From: Geosiphon pyriformis uo1
Lineage: Eukaryota; Fungi; Glomeromycota
Direction of reading: 5' to 3'
DNA: 64,000 nucleotides
NCBI GenBank assembly: GCA_016748015.1
Contig: JAAOMT010000710.1
Location: 248,001-312,000, forward strand
Positions 26,401 through 39,144 of this stretch are shown piece after piece (the stretch's first letter is position 1; each line of letters opens with the position of its first letter). A program made the position numbers and the translations under genes. The notes beneath the pieces were generated by a model. The model saw nothing but the letters and a program-made list of their open reading frames with translations. It was not told where the DNA came from and made no database searches.

Positions 26401-29400
26401 AATATAATTGTTTGAAAAACAAATATTCTTTGAAATTCTTTAAATTGAAATTGCTTATTGTGAAAATTGTAAAAGTTTAAAATTCTGGAGATTTCTTGAA
26501 TTTTGACTGTCTTATTGGGATTTGTTTGGTTATTAATAATGTTGAGACATTGTTATGAGTAAACTTGGTGAAATAAAAAAATGGTAATATTTGGTGTTCT
26601 TAATTATCAGTAATACATGTTTTGTGTAATTCTGTTAACTTAGTCTTGATTATCAGTCTCTAAAGATCTTATCTATTGGTTGTAAATTTACCTATCAAGT
26701 TTTTTGGTTATAAAGCACAGAGGTTTGGCTTTCACTGATTGCAACTTCTTATAAATATAAGCTATCTTCTCTGAGCTAACAAGTATAGTTATTAAGATCT
26801 GGTATTGTCTTTTTATTTTTCTGATAAGCTACCAAGATAATGTTAATATCTAAAACTTAGGAGGAGCTTCCTTTTTTTACCAGGCTATTATGAAGTCTAT
26901 TCTCAAACAGTTAATTTTACTATGTTGTCATTTTACAAGAAAAAATAAAAAAAAAAATAAAAAATAAAAAAAAAATAAAAATAAAAAAAAATAAAAATAA
27001 AAAAAGATAAATTAGTATTGTCAATTATCATAATCAAGAATGATTAGTCCAGGTTATTAAGAGTTTGAGGTGTTTATGCTAAGAGCATCTGTTCTGAAAT
27101 AAAAGAGTAAACTAAGAATTAGTTTGATTTACACACAAGATAATTGATGACCATGTATTGAAGATTTGTTTGTGGTTTTTTTCAAATAAGTTCTTTATTT
27201 TTGTAAGATGTAATAATTTATAAGAAAGAAAAAAATTGATTCTTGTCTGGATGTCTCTTTAACTTCTACAGCTACTCATTTTTATATATTCTTTTTGTTC
27301 TACAGAATTGCTTCTGATTGCTTTGTTATTTCTGTTATTGCTTTATTTTTCTACATTATCACTAGTTATCCTATGTTATAACACATTATCCTATGTTATA
27401 ACATATTATCCTATATTATTATGTGTTATACTATGTTATAATATGTTATCCTACGTTATTACATGTTATTCTGTATTATTTTGTGTCATCACGTTTTTTG
27501 GTCATGTTTTCTCCATAATTTTGGATTGGTTTTTCTTATTCAGATAACAATATCTAAAGTTGTTAACATAGTCCTAAATAGTATAAGTTTAATGGATTTG
27601 ATTAAGCATTTGTCAATAGTGAAAAAAAAGTATTGAAAGTCTAAGTATTATAAGTTTAAAGTATCTGAGAATATAGTTATTAGAAAGATGATTGACTATT
27701 ATATGGTTTGATAAAGGACAAATAATAAAAAGTATTTTGAACTGTCTATTTCACAAAGTTGTTTTGGATCACTTGGTGGTAAAAAATGAGTTGGTAGTTA
27801 AGCCTGATAAAGTAAAGCTTAAGGTGGATAAAATTATAGAAAAGTGGATAAAGAAAAACAGTCAGTACTTTTAAAGATGTTTGATTTTTGGGCTCATTAA
27901 TATATGTCTTTAGACTATATTAATAATGGTGTCTTTTCTGATATGATGAAAAAAATTAATATGGAGAAGTTGTCTTTGGTTGTTAATAATTTATTAAATA
28001 ATAAAGCTGCCAGTTTGTTTAAAATATCTAATAAACTTTGGAAACATTGTAATAGAAAGGTGTTGATTTGTCTTTTGAAATTGTTGAATTCATGTTTGAC
28101 TTTGAATATGATTTTGATTTCTTGGAAAAGAGCATAGATCTTAATGATTCCAAAACCTTATAAATAAAATGGCATTTTAATAAATATTAAGTCTATTGCA
28201 TTAATCAAAACAGTCTAGAAGATATTATTTAAGATTTTTTCTAATAGAATCTTATTGATATGTAGCAAATTTGTCCTATATGGTGATAATTTTTCAGTGT
28301 TAAAAGATACTTTGACTCAGTTTCTTATTTTTGTCATTGAATTAGTTGTTAAAGATATTTTAAAAAAAAACAAGGAGCTTTGGTTAGTATTGCAGAATAT
28401 GTGCAAAGCTTATGATTTAGTCAGCTAGTATTATTTAAAGACTAGTTTATATTACATTAAGATATGCAATTGGTTTATTAAGTTTTTTAGCAATATTTAT
28501 AAAGATTAGATTAATAAAGTAATAACAGACTTTAGATTCTTATATGGCTATAGAGTATATAATGGCTTGAATTAAGATGAAGTTTTTTCTCTGCTTTTTT
28601 AAAGAATTTTCTATAACCCACTTTTGGGTAAAGTGAAAAGACATAAGCACTTATGTGGATACCATATTAATTTTAAGTTTGTGGTAAAAACTGACAAAGT
28701 TGAGACTGTTGGTGGAAAAACTTCTTTTTTAGTGGCTGGTGCCTTTGTCAATAACACAATCTGGATCAGAAGTTGTTAAGCTTTGACACAATGCATTTTA
28801 AATATTACCAATAAGTTTTTGATATCAATAATATTTTAATTAACAATAATAAGACAGTGGCTATTCTTATTAATCAAGATGTCAAATCTGTTTTATTGTT
28901 GATTAATGGTTTATTTATCTCAATTTCTAAAAAAAATGAATTACACAGGTACTTAGACATTTTTTTATTTACTGAAAGTCTCTCTAAATCTAGTTTGGTT
29001 CAGGCTTATACAGATATTAAGTTTTTTTCAAATATAGTGTTAAAGAAGGCTATTACAGATAAACAGTTTTCTTATTTGGTTTTAGCTGTTCTGCAGTTCA
29101 TAGTTAATTATTATATGCAGTTCAATTTTGTTTTAGTGAATGTATATCACAAGTGGAATGTGATGATCAGAAAATGTCTTAAAGCCAAAGCTGGTCTGTC
29201 ATATGACTTTTTCAATGAGACTTTGCATTATCTATCTCTATATGATTTGAAATCTTTTGAACAAGTGCAGTCTGAAGAGAAGTTGGCTTTAGTAATTTTT
29301 TTTTCCAATGCTCATGGCATTTTTGAATATCTTTTTAAGCATAGGTTTTTAGATTTGCAGATTTTGGGGTGGTTTTCTTTGAATTCTTTACAGTTTTCTG

Positions 29401-31259
29401 TCAAGTTATATGTTAGTCCAGTTAATAATTTCTTGGCTGGTATAATGAAAATTTTTTTGGAAAATAAGTTATCTTTGGTAAACAGCTTACTTAATACTTT
29501 TTGTAAGTCAAATAGATTTCTAATGTTTAACATTTTAAGGCAACTTTTGTATTATAACTCTGTTTTTTCTTTAAAGTAGTTTGGTGTTATATTTAATAAC
29601 AGATTTTTAGACAAAAAAGGGAATATAATGAACTAAAAAACATTTTAGTAGTAGAAAAGATTAGATTTTAAGAGCTTTGTGTCTTATTGGTGTATATTGG
29701 TATCTGAGTTTATAAGCAAAAATGATTTTTTGGAGGCTGGATCTGCTGTTGTTTTTGGATTGTCTATGCTGAATGTCTTGAATTCCAAGAAGTTCTATGA
29801 TGTTCATAATTGTTTACTGAAAATTTGGTCTGATTGTATTGAGATTTATACTGATGAGTTCTTAAAAGATGTTAGTTCTGCTAAGGTAGCAAGTGGAGCA
29901 ACTGCTTATTTTCTAACTGTAGATGTGGGTGTTGGAGTTAGAATGCATGGACTTTTATCTTCTATTTTGGCTGAATTGCAAGCTGTTGCTTTGGTTTTGA
30001 AGTGTGTTCTGTCTTCATGTGCTGTAGTTTTGTATTTAAACAGCCAATCTACAATTAATGCTTGTGTGTCTGAGACTTTGTTTGTACTGCCCAACTTCCA
30101 CAATTAATGTTGAATTAAAAAATTGCATGTAGTTAATCTTATTAGAGATAAAAATATTTTGGTTAAGTAGGTAAAAGTTAAGAAACATTCAGGAATTCTG
30201 AGCAATATTAGAGCTAATAAATTGGCTGGCAAGGCCACTTTCTCCTCTTTTTTGTTGCCAGTTGGGATTTGGAAATGGTTTTTGGTTGCTGAAAATACAG
30301 TTGTGTTTGGTAACACTTATCATTTTGTTCATAATTTGTACTGATCAATTTGCCATGCTGATTAGAAGGCCAGTTCTGATTATAACATAGTTTCAAATAT
30401 TATAATTAAGGAGATAAATTGGGCTGCTACTAAGAAAATCTGGCATATTAACTTACATATGCTCTTAAGTTTCATTAATAGAAATTCAGTTAATTTGTGT
30501 ACATATTTAATAAAAGCAGTATATAGACAGCTGTCAATAGTATTAAGAAAAAGTTGTATAACAGAAAGTATTTTGGAGTGTTGTGTTTGTTGTGTGATAA
30601 AATGGAGGTGTTTGATCATGTTTTTACTTGCATTAGTAATATTGGTATTCATGAAAATATTTTGGCTAAGGCTGCAAAAAGATAGACTTTTCTTGCTTGC
30701 CAACTTTTGCCATTTTGTATTTATTTTTATTGTGCTCTTCAGACATAAATCTGTATATTACAGTTTGCAAAAGCTTTGTGTTAAAAGATTGATATGCTGA
30801 GGCTATTTTGGTTTTTGAGAAAAAAGGGAAGACTGTTCTGGCTTTTATTAAATACATAAAGTTTGTGGTAAATTTGTATTGTAATAAGATGTAATTTATT
30901 AAATTCAAACATAAAGTAAATATGAAAAAGTCTAAATTAATCAAAAATAATGGTGTGATTTTGAATTTGTCTTGCTGTGTAGTGTTTATGTTGTTAAATA
31001 GAGTGATTTGTATGCTTAGTGTTTTGGAATTTTTTGCTGTTAGCTTTAGTAGATACAGAATGTGTTATTTCTTTTTTAATTTGAATAATATTCTATTTGT
31101 TGCCATAGATGTATAGTATTGTCTTGTCTGGCCTGAGTGGCTGGTTATATGTAGTAAAAACATAAACTGTATTTAGTTTAAGCTATTTAGTTTGGGTTTA
31201 TATACTAAATAGCAGTTGAACTTTACCTATTAATCTCATAATAATAATAATAATAATAA
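23420..31259 (+). mobile_element. Full-length decayed LINE with (TAA)7 tail, interrupted by a solo LTR
   Basis: ORF1 relic 23568-25451, ORF2 relic to TAG at 31114; IYTDEF and ELQAV RNase H motifs; conserved 3' UTR. The 5' boundary is approximate. Confidence 0.9.
26551..27549. repeat. Solo LTR, family C
   Basis: TGTTAT...ATAACA termini, 4-bp TSD acat/atat, interrupts LINE ORF2; ~10-bp tandem repeats at 27340-27490; inverted homologue at 36781-37771. Confidence 0.88.
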
Positions 31260-32615
31260 GTTTTTTATTTAAAAATTAATTATATAAAATATTTTTAACA
31301 CAAAATTAAAATTAAAAAAAATTTAAATTTGACAACAAAAATGATATTAAAATCAAAACTAATAATATTAACAAGAAAAAATATTAAAATATTTAAAAAT
31401 TTTACACAATTAAACAATATTTAATAAAAGTAAAACAACAAATATTAATACTAATAATATAAAAATAAGTTTGTTAAAAATATTGGATTTGGTTTAAACA
31501 ATAGTAAAAAAAAACTTTTAATGTTTTAAATAGTTTAATACCAAAAATATTAAAATCAGTTTTTTAAAAAAAAATTATTTAAACAGCCAAAATTTGAAAA
31601 CAATAATATAAATATAATTTTTTTTGTTTTTTTTTAAAGTTTTATTGCCAATAAAAAGATTAAATTTATTATTAAAAAATTATTTATATTAAATATTAAC
31701 TTGTTAATTATAAATAATTTTTTTTAAAAAAATTACAAAATATTTTTATTAATAATTAGTTTTAAAAAAACTTATTTACTTAAAATTTTGTAAAATTATT
31801 AAATTATTATTTATTTTTATATTAGATTTAATTAAATTAAACTTATTAATTAAAAAAATTTGTGTTTATAAATGCTGATTTTAAATATATAAATATTTAT
31901 ACAAATTAAAAAATTATTATTAAAAAATTTTAATTAATACTTTTAAAAAAAACTAGAATTAAATTTATTAAATTAAATAAATTTATTATATTATTTTTAT
32001 GTAATTTATTTTAATTGAAAAAACTATATTATAAAACTAATATATATAAAATTATAAATAAAAAAAAGTTATTTTAAACAAGTTTTTATCTGATTTTAAT
32101 GTGTTTTCAAATATAAATAATAAATTTAGTAATAATAATAATAGTATTTTCTAAACTAATAGTGATTTTAAATTTAATAAAGAAAGTAAATTTTTTTTGG
32201 TTTGGTTGTAAACACTTTTAAAACAAAATAAATTAATATTAATATAATTAACAATTAAACAAATTAGACAATAATGATCAAAAAGTTTTTTATAAAAACA
32301 TTTAAAATAATTATAAATACTATATTAGTTAAATTTGAAAAAATTAGATTAATTAAAATACTAAAAATATCAATTAAATTTATTAATCATAAACAAGTTG
32401 ATTTTTTGGCTTTTAAATAATTTATTTTATTTAAAAAAAATGCAATTAGAATTGTCAAAATAAATATTAACAATATATTATAAGATTTAAAAAATATGCA
32501 TAAAATTTTGCTTTATAAAAATAATAACTTATAATTTATAAGATTATATAAAATTTATTAATAAATAAATTTGTATTATTAATTAATATTTAATTATATA
32601 TGTTAAAATTAAAGT

Positions 32616-34790
32616 AACAAAAACTCTTTATCTCCTTAATTTTATGACCATAACCAGAACAAAGAATAAAAAAGCTGCACCTGATATCTGTCCTAAGATA
32701 TCTAATAAAATTTCAACCAAAGGAGTTTTCTCTGTTGTAGAAGCAACTAGGCAAAATGTTTTAGAAGTCTTTCTTTTACTCAGTAATCATAATAAGCTGT
32801 CTTTGGTAGCCACTGAAGCAATTTTTTCATCCTTGACTGGTTTCTCATCAGTCAAAGTTCTTTCAAAGAAACACACTTGGGTTAGTTCCAGTGTTGCCTC
32901 TACTCTAATCAAAAGTTCAAAAAAGTGAGAACAATCGCTTGTCTCTGCTATTGTTACACCGAACTCCTTTGTGGTTCCCAATGAGATCTTAGATGAGATC
33001 TTTATAGCATTATCCAGCACATCATCCAAGATGGGCCAAGATCAACCACTGGCTGTGTTGTCAAATATGGTGTCTTTTGGCAAATCATCACTGGTTTTAG
33101 AAACAAAACAATCTCTTTCTGTTGGGTCACCTGTTTTTAAGAACTGGGCTAATCAAATGGAAACTGAATTATTTCCTCCTCTAGTTTCTGGTGCTTTTTT
33201 TAGTGGTGCTTGAGAAACTATTACTAGTCATTAAAGATTTGCTGGGTGGATGGCCTCTATTCTGGTACCTGATGCTACTTTTAAGATCAAATTGGCTCAT
33301 GTTAAGGCTGTTTTTCAGTCTGTACATGGTTTCTTAGGTGTTAAATCTGTTTTAAAAGACAATGTAAAGCTTTTCTGTGTGAAGTTTGCTTCTCAACAGT
33401 CTTTAGAAGCTGCGTTTTTAGTTGAGCTTACAAGCTTTGTTTGTTTGACCACTCTCAAAATTGCCAAGTTTTTGGTGGTTTTTGAATCTGGTTCCTTTCC
33501 TGCTGCTGTTGCACTGCATGATGTACCTTTGGGTGTGTCCGCTGCTAATATTAAGATGGCTCTTAGTGTATTTGGTGAAGTTGCCCGTGTTGTGCTGAAG
33601 CCTGCTGGTGTTTGGCAGTACATGGTTGTTTACTTTAAGAAATTGGATGCTGCTACTGCTACTCTCAATCATTGGTCAATTCTGGTGGGCAAAGATAGTG
33701 TTAGGATCCTTCCAGTTATTAATCAGAATAAGGCCATTCTGTCTCATAATAGGTTCAAGGCCAAGTTGGTCAATCTTCCTTTTGGCTGCACAGCTTTTGA
33801 AATTAGTGATATGATTTCTCAAGTTGGTGGGCAAATGTGCTTTATCTCTCAGTCTTCTGATTCTGGTCGTCACTTCCAGTTTGCTCTAATCACATTTGGC
33901 TCTCAAGTTGATCTGAATCTTGCTGTTATGAAAACTAGTACACTAAAAAAGAACTATATCTGGTAAAAAACTCCTGGTTGTTGGCACTGTTTTAGGTGTT
34001 AAGAAGTGGGTCATTTGGCTGTAGACTGTAAAGTTGCTTTGCCTCCTTTATTTAAGACTTTCAAGGTGTTCAAACCATATTTTGTTGGTTTTTTGTCTTA
34101 TGTTAAGGCATCTGCTTCCTCTGTTATGTCTGAATTTCCTCCTTTGGTGGCTTTCACTCCTTTTATGGCTGCTGTTGATTCTGCTGTTGGGTCCAGATTA
34201 GACTCTTTGGAAAAGCAAATTTCGGATTTGGCTGCTTTGGTAAAGTCTATTGTTGAGCCTGTTGGCTCTTTGGTTGCCTTGGTATTTTGTCTCCTTGATG
34301 ATAATACTGTTAAGAATGTTCAGTTAGAGAAAGATTTCCTTTCTATGAAATATGCTTCTAACAATTTTGCCAATCTTTTGGTTAGTATGTCTAAGAATAT
34401 TGCTTGTCTTAGATCTGAAGTTAACTTTGGTGGCATGAATTATGATGATATGCAGGCTACCAAATCTTCTCTCTTGAGTGAAGACACTGTTGAGCATGCT
34501 ATAGCTTTGTGATAGATGTCGGGTGCTGAAGTTAAGAGTAGTGTTGAATCTACTAGATTATTTCTTAGTGAGTTTATTTTTAATTCTAGGAATCTGAATG
34601 GTGTTATTGAAAAAATTTGTGGATTGGGATTATTTTCACCTTTTATTGTTTCAGCATAGTGTGTTCTTGATTGGTCTAAGTGACTAGTCACATGTAGAAA
34701 GCACATGATTAACATCTAGTTTAGATCATTTCTTTGGTCTATAGCATTAGATTGTTTTTGGGCTGTACTCATTAAGCAAATAAAAAAAAA
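32616..34790 (+). mobile_element. Non-autonomous ORF1-only non-LTR element (HAL1-like architecture)
   Basis: One 671-codon frame (32644-34659) followed directly by the LINE-type 3' UTR and A-tail; no endonuclease or RT. Confidence 0.85.
32644..34659 (+). pseudogene. ORF1-like protein (RRM-like regions, CCHC knuckle, coiled coil, distinct C-terminus)
   Basis: ORF pieces starting at 32644, 32971, 33250 and 34006 share one frame. WSILVGKDSVRI parallels WFILIGKDAVRV of LINE ORF1; CFRC*EVGHLAVDC; SRLDSLEKQISDLAALVKSI. Confidence 0.85.
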
Positions 34791-36566
34791 TTTAAATATA
34801 TTACAGTATGTTTTAAATAAAAAAAACATAATAATAACTGTAATTATATTTTTAGTTTTTAAAAATTTTATTTTATAATAGATTAAGTTAAATTTGCTAT
34901 TTTGCTTTATATATTAAAAATTTAATTATATCTTTTTTATATATGTTAATATATTATTATTTTCTAAAACTAAGTTCAATTTCTGTTTTTTATAGTTAAA
35001 TAAATAAAATTTATAATTATTTATGCCAAAAAAACAATTTTAATTGCATATTTAATTTCTTTTAATAAATTATTTTGGCTTAAATTATTGGTTATAATGT
35101 TTGTAATTTTTTTTTAAGTTTATATCTTAAAATATTATTTCTTTTGGCTTAATAATTTTTTTTCTATTTATATTATTTTTAAATATATGTTTAAATACTT
35201 TTAAATACTTTTTAGAGCTTTTGGCTAATTAAGTTTTGGCAATTTTTATTATTATATTTGCTAATAGTTATACTTATAGAAATAAACTCTAATATTAATA
35301 TAAATATTTTATGGTGGTTTTTTGCTTTTAAATTTAAATAGTAGTAAAATTTTTACTGCTAAAATAAATAATTTAAAATCTAAAATATTAATATTAAAAA
35401 GATTTATTGGTGTTATTTTGGTCTTTTTAAATTTTTTGGTTTTTAATATTTGGTTTTTTTTTTTTTTAATAACTGGTTTGATTTAAAAAATTGTTATATA
35501 ATATATATATAAGATAATTAATCTTATTAAGTATGAAAATATTATTAAATAATATAAAAATAATAGCAATCTTATTTTAATTTTTATAAAAACTAAGCAA
35601 AAATATTGTATTAAGTTTTAAATTATAAATAATTTTTATATCTAGTTTAAATTTAAATTATCTAAGTTTTAATATAGTAATTATTATAAATATTAGTATA
35701 ATTAAACATATTAGCAAAGTATTTAAAGTCTTAAGCAGGCTCTTATGTATTTATTTTTTATTTAAAAACAAGTATTTAGTTTTAATATTAAAATTATATA
35801 TTAAAATATTACTTAATACATACTTGGTTTAAGTTAACATAATTAATTTGCTTATTACTAATACAATTAACATAAGTATTTTTATTTTTAGTAACAATTT
35901 TAAGAAAAATAATTCTAATATAATATAAGTTTTAGAAGATATTTAAATTTAAATTTGGTTAATTTTTTTAATAATAATATTTTTGTTAAAACAATAACTT
36001 AAAGTAATTTTTATAATATAAAAAAGTTGATTAATTTTATTTTGGTATTTTTTTTTTGTAATATTATAATAATTTATAATATTTTAGATATACAAAATTG
36101 TTTTTTATAGATTATAAAACTGTATTTATTTTAATTAATTTGAATAGTCTTCTAAATATTTGGTTTTTTGCTATATATAAATAAATTTATTATTAAAAAT
36201 TTAACATAAAAAGAACTAATATTAATAAATAGAATAAATTTAAAAAAGCTTTTTTAATTCAGACTAAATTAATTTTTAGTATATTTGATATAACAAAAAG
36301 TATTAAAATTTAGATTTTATGTAAGACTGCTTTAAAAATATAATATTTTTAATTACTAAAAAAAATTTTTCTAAGTTGTGATTTAATAATTTATTTATTG
36401 TGAAAAATTTTTATTTGTTATATTATTATAATTTAAAGCTTTTAGTTTTAAAAATTTTGAAGTTATTAATTTTATGTTTGAGCTATAATTTTATTTGTTT
36501 TATGTATATATAGTTAATAAAAAACTTTGTAAAAACTTTTATTGTATCTGGTTTAATGTATAATAC

Positions 36567-38310
36567 TGTTATAATTAAAAACTATAATTTTTATTAGTTA
36601 TTAGATATATTAGCCATTAATATTATATAATTAGTTATCTTAATTTTAAATAGTAACTGTTGATTTAATTAATAATTTGATTATTAATCTAACTATTAAC
36701 TTGATTAATAACTTAATTATTAATCTAATTGTTAATCTGATCAAAAACTTAATTATTAACCTAGTTACTGATCTAATTATTGTTATCCAAGTAGAAAAAC
36801 TAATCCAAAAACTATTAAAAAAACATAATTAAAAACGTAATAATATAGAAAAACAGAATAATATGAAATAATACAGAATAATATATAATAACTTAAAATA
36901 ATACAAAATAATATAAAATAACACAAAATAATTAATCATAATATAAAATAATTAATTATAGCATAAAAAAACAAAGCAATAATAAAAATAATAAGCAATA
37001 ATTAATAATAACAAATAATTAAAAACAATTTTGCAAAATTAAAAAATAAATATAAAAATAAGTAATTTTAGTAAATAGAAAAAAACAAAACAAAAACTCA
37101 TTCTTTTAAAATTATTTTATTTCTAACTTGATAAAACTTTTTTATCTTATTTTTCTATATTTTTTTATTTATTATTTAATAAAATATTATTCAATTCACT
37201 TATATATAATTCTAAAATTTGTGTTATTAGAATTAAATTAATCATTTTTTTTAGCTTTGTTACAGATCAGATACTATTAACATAAACAGCTTTGAAATTT
37301 TAATAACTTAAACTAATTGCTCTTAATTATGATAATTAACAATACTAATTTTTTTTTATTTTTATTTTTATTTTTTTTTCTTTTAGTAGAGCAGCAATAT
37401 TAAAAAAATTAATTGTTTAAAAATAGATTTTGTAATAGTCTAATAAAAAAAAGAAGTTTTTATTAAGTTTGGATATTAATTCTATTTTGTTAAATTATTA
37501 AAAAAGTAAAAAAACAATATTAAACTCTAATAACTGCATTTGACTAGCTTGAAAAAAATAACTTACATATATTAAATTATAAACAATTAAACTACATCTC
37601 TGTGTCTTACAACTAAAAAATTTTACAAATAAATTTACATCTATTGAAAACTTTCAAAAACTAATAATTTTGATTTACTACTTATATAAATAAATAAAAT
37701 CTTTTAAGCTCTCTTGTTTAAATATAAAACACCAAATGTTATTTTATATTTTACCAAGTTTACTTATAATATTATTGACTATTTTTAATAGTTATATAAA
37801 TAATAAGTCTTTTAACTATAGAAAAGCATGTAAAAAATCAAAAAAATAAAACAATATATATTAATTCAATCTTTTTTTATTGCTTGTTTCTCTTTTCTTA
37901 TTTTTTACTTTTAAATATCTGAATATTTTAGAATAAAAAATTACTTATTGGCATTTATCTACTTTTTTTTTAATTTGTATAATTATAGTATTTGAAGATT
38001 ATTAAATAAAATATAATTTAAGAGTACATTTAATATTTGATATTAAATTTTAAAAGCACTAACATAAAATATAAAATTATATCAGTATATTATTATTCAT
38101 TGACAATATGGGCTATTTTTCTACTTTTAAATTTTTCAGTTATTTTTTGAAAAAATTAGCAATTGAGATATTTTATAAAATTGATCTTGTATATTGAATT
38201 TATATTTATTTAATTCATTTTTTAAAATTAACTTCTTTTTGATTAATTCTATTATTTTATAATTCTGTTTTTTTTTGTTATTTATTAGTTTGTTATTTTA
38301 ATCTATAAGA
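36567..38310. repeat. Probable solo LTR (family D) with a 12-bp tandem array at ~36655-36780, split by a family C LTR
   Basis: Starts TGTTAT and interrupts LINE ORF2, which resumes near 38311; about 10 units like aattattaatct. The right end is uncertain. Confidence 0.5.
36781..37771. repeat. Solo LTR, family C (opposite orientation to 26551-27549)
   Basis: tgttatcc...cttataata termini, exact TSD TTAT/TTAT. Confidence 0.85.
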
Positions 38311-38940
38311 ATATTATTAAATTTTTGGTTATTTAACAAATTTTATGCAAGATTAAAAAAAATATTACCAATTAAAGTATTTAGAATCTTACAAAATCAA
38401 ATATAAAAAAATAAACAATACTATTAAAAAATATATAAAAAACTTTTTTAGTAATAAAAACCATATAATTTGCAATATATTAAAATATTTTTTTCATAAA
38501 ATAGTTCTTGATTTTTTTATTAGAATTAATAAACTTGTTATAAATTCTAATAATATCAAATTGTTTCTAGATTTAATTGTAAAATATTGAATTAAAACAT
38601 AGCTTTTATCTAATACAATATCTAGTTTTTGGCTTATATAATATGTTTTATTAGATTATATTAGTAATAGTGTTTTTAATAGAATTATTAATTAGATTAA
38701 TTTAAATAAACTTTTAAATAAACTTTTAAATATTATTAAAAACCTACCAAATAGTAAGATTACATGTTTTTTTAAAGTTATCAATAAATTATAAAAACAT
38801 TATTATAAATACATTATTGTTTTGCTTTTGGTATTGTTAAATTTTTGTTTTATTTTAAAATCAGTTTCTGTTTAATAAAAAAAATATAAATTTCAATAAT
38901 TCTTAAATTTTATAATTAAAAAAAAATTTTACCAAAATTT

Positions 38941-38980
38941 TTTTTTTTTTTTTTTTACGTTTATTGAGTGAAGTCCAAAC
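38941..38980 (-). mobile_element. Extremely 5'-truncated LINE insertion (24 nt of 3' UTR + poly-A)
   Basis: Reverse complement GTTTGGACTTCACTCAATAAACGT(A)16 matches the LINE 3' end; exact 9-bp TSD CCAAAATTT at 38932-38940 and 38981-38989. Confidence 0.9.
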
Positions 38981-39144
38981 CCAAAATTTATCTAATAGTA
39001 CTTATTAAAATAGCTAAAAAAAATTTTTTTAATTTTTATTAAATTGTATTTTACTTATTGTAAATAAGTTTAATATTTTTATAATAATAATTTTTTAGTA
39101 TTAAAAAATATATTTATATTATTTTTAATTATAATTGTAAATAC

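Larger units (their letters stand above)
34800..39144 (+). mobile_element. Very old LINE relic (ORF1 3' part, ORF2 to mid-RT) with nested insertions
   Basis: Residual similarity to the ORF1/ORF2 junction at ~35468 and to the RT region at 38700-39140; boundaries approximate. Confidence 0.7.

Noticed and set aside
31260-32615. ~89% AT tract as a centromere, origin or organellar insert
   Set aside because: No specific motif; the residual AC/GT bias matches end-stage hypermutated repeat DNA whose origin cannot be read.
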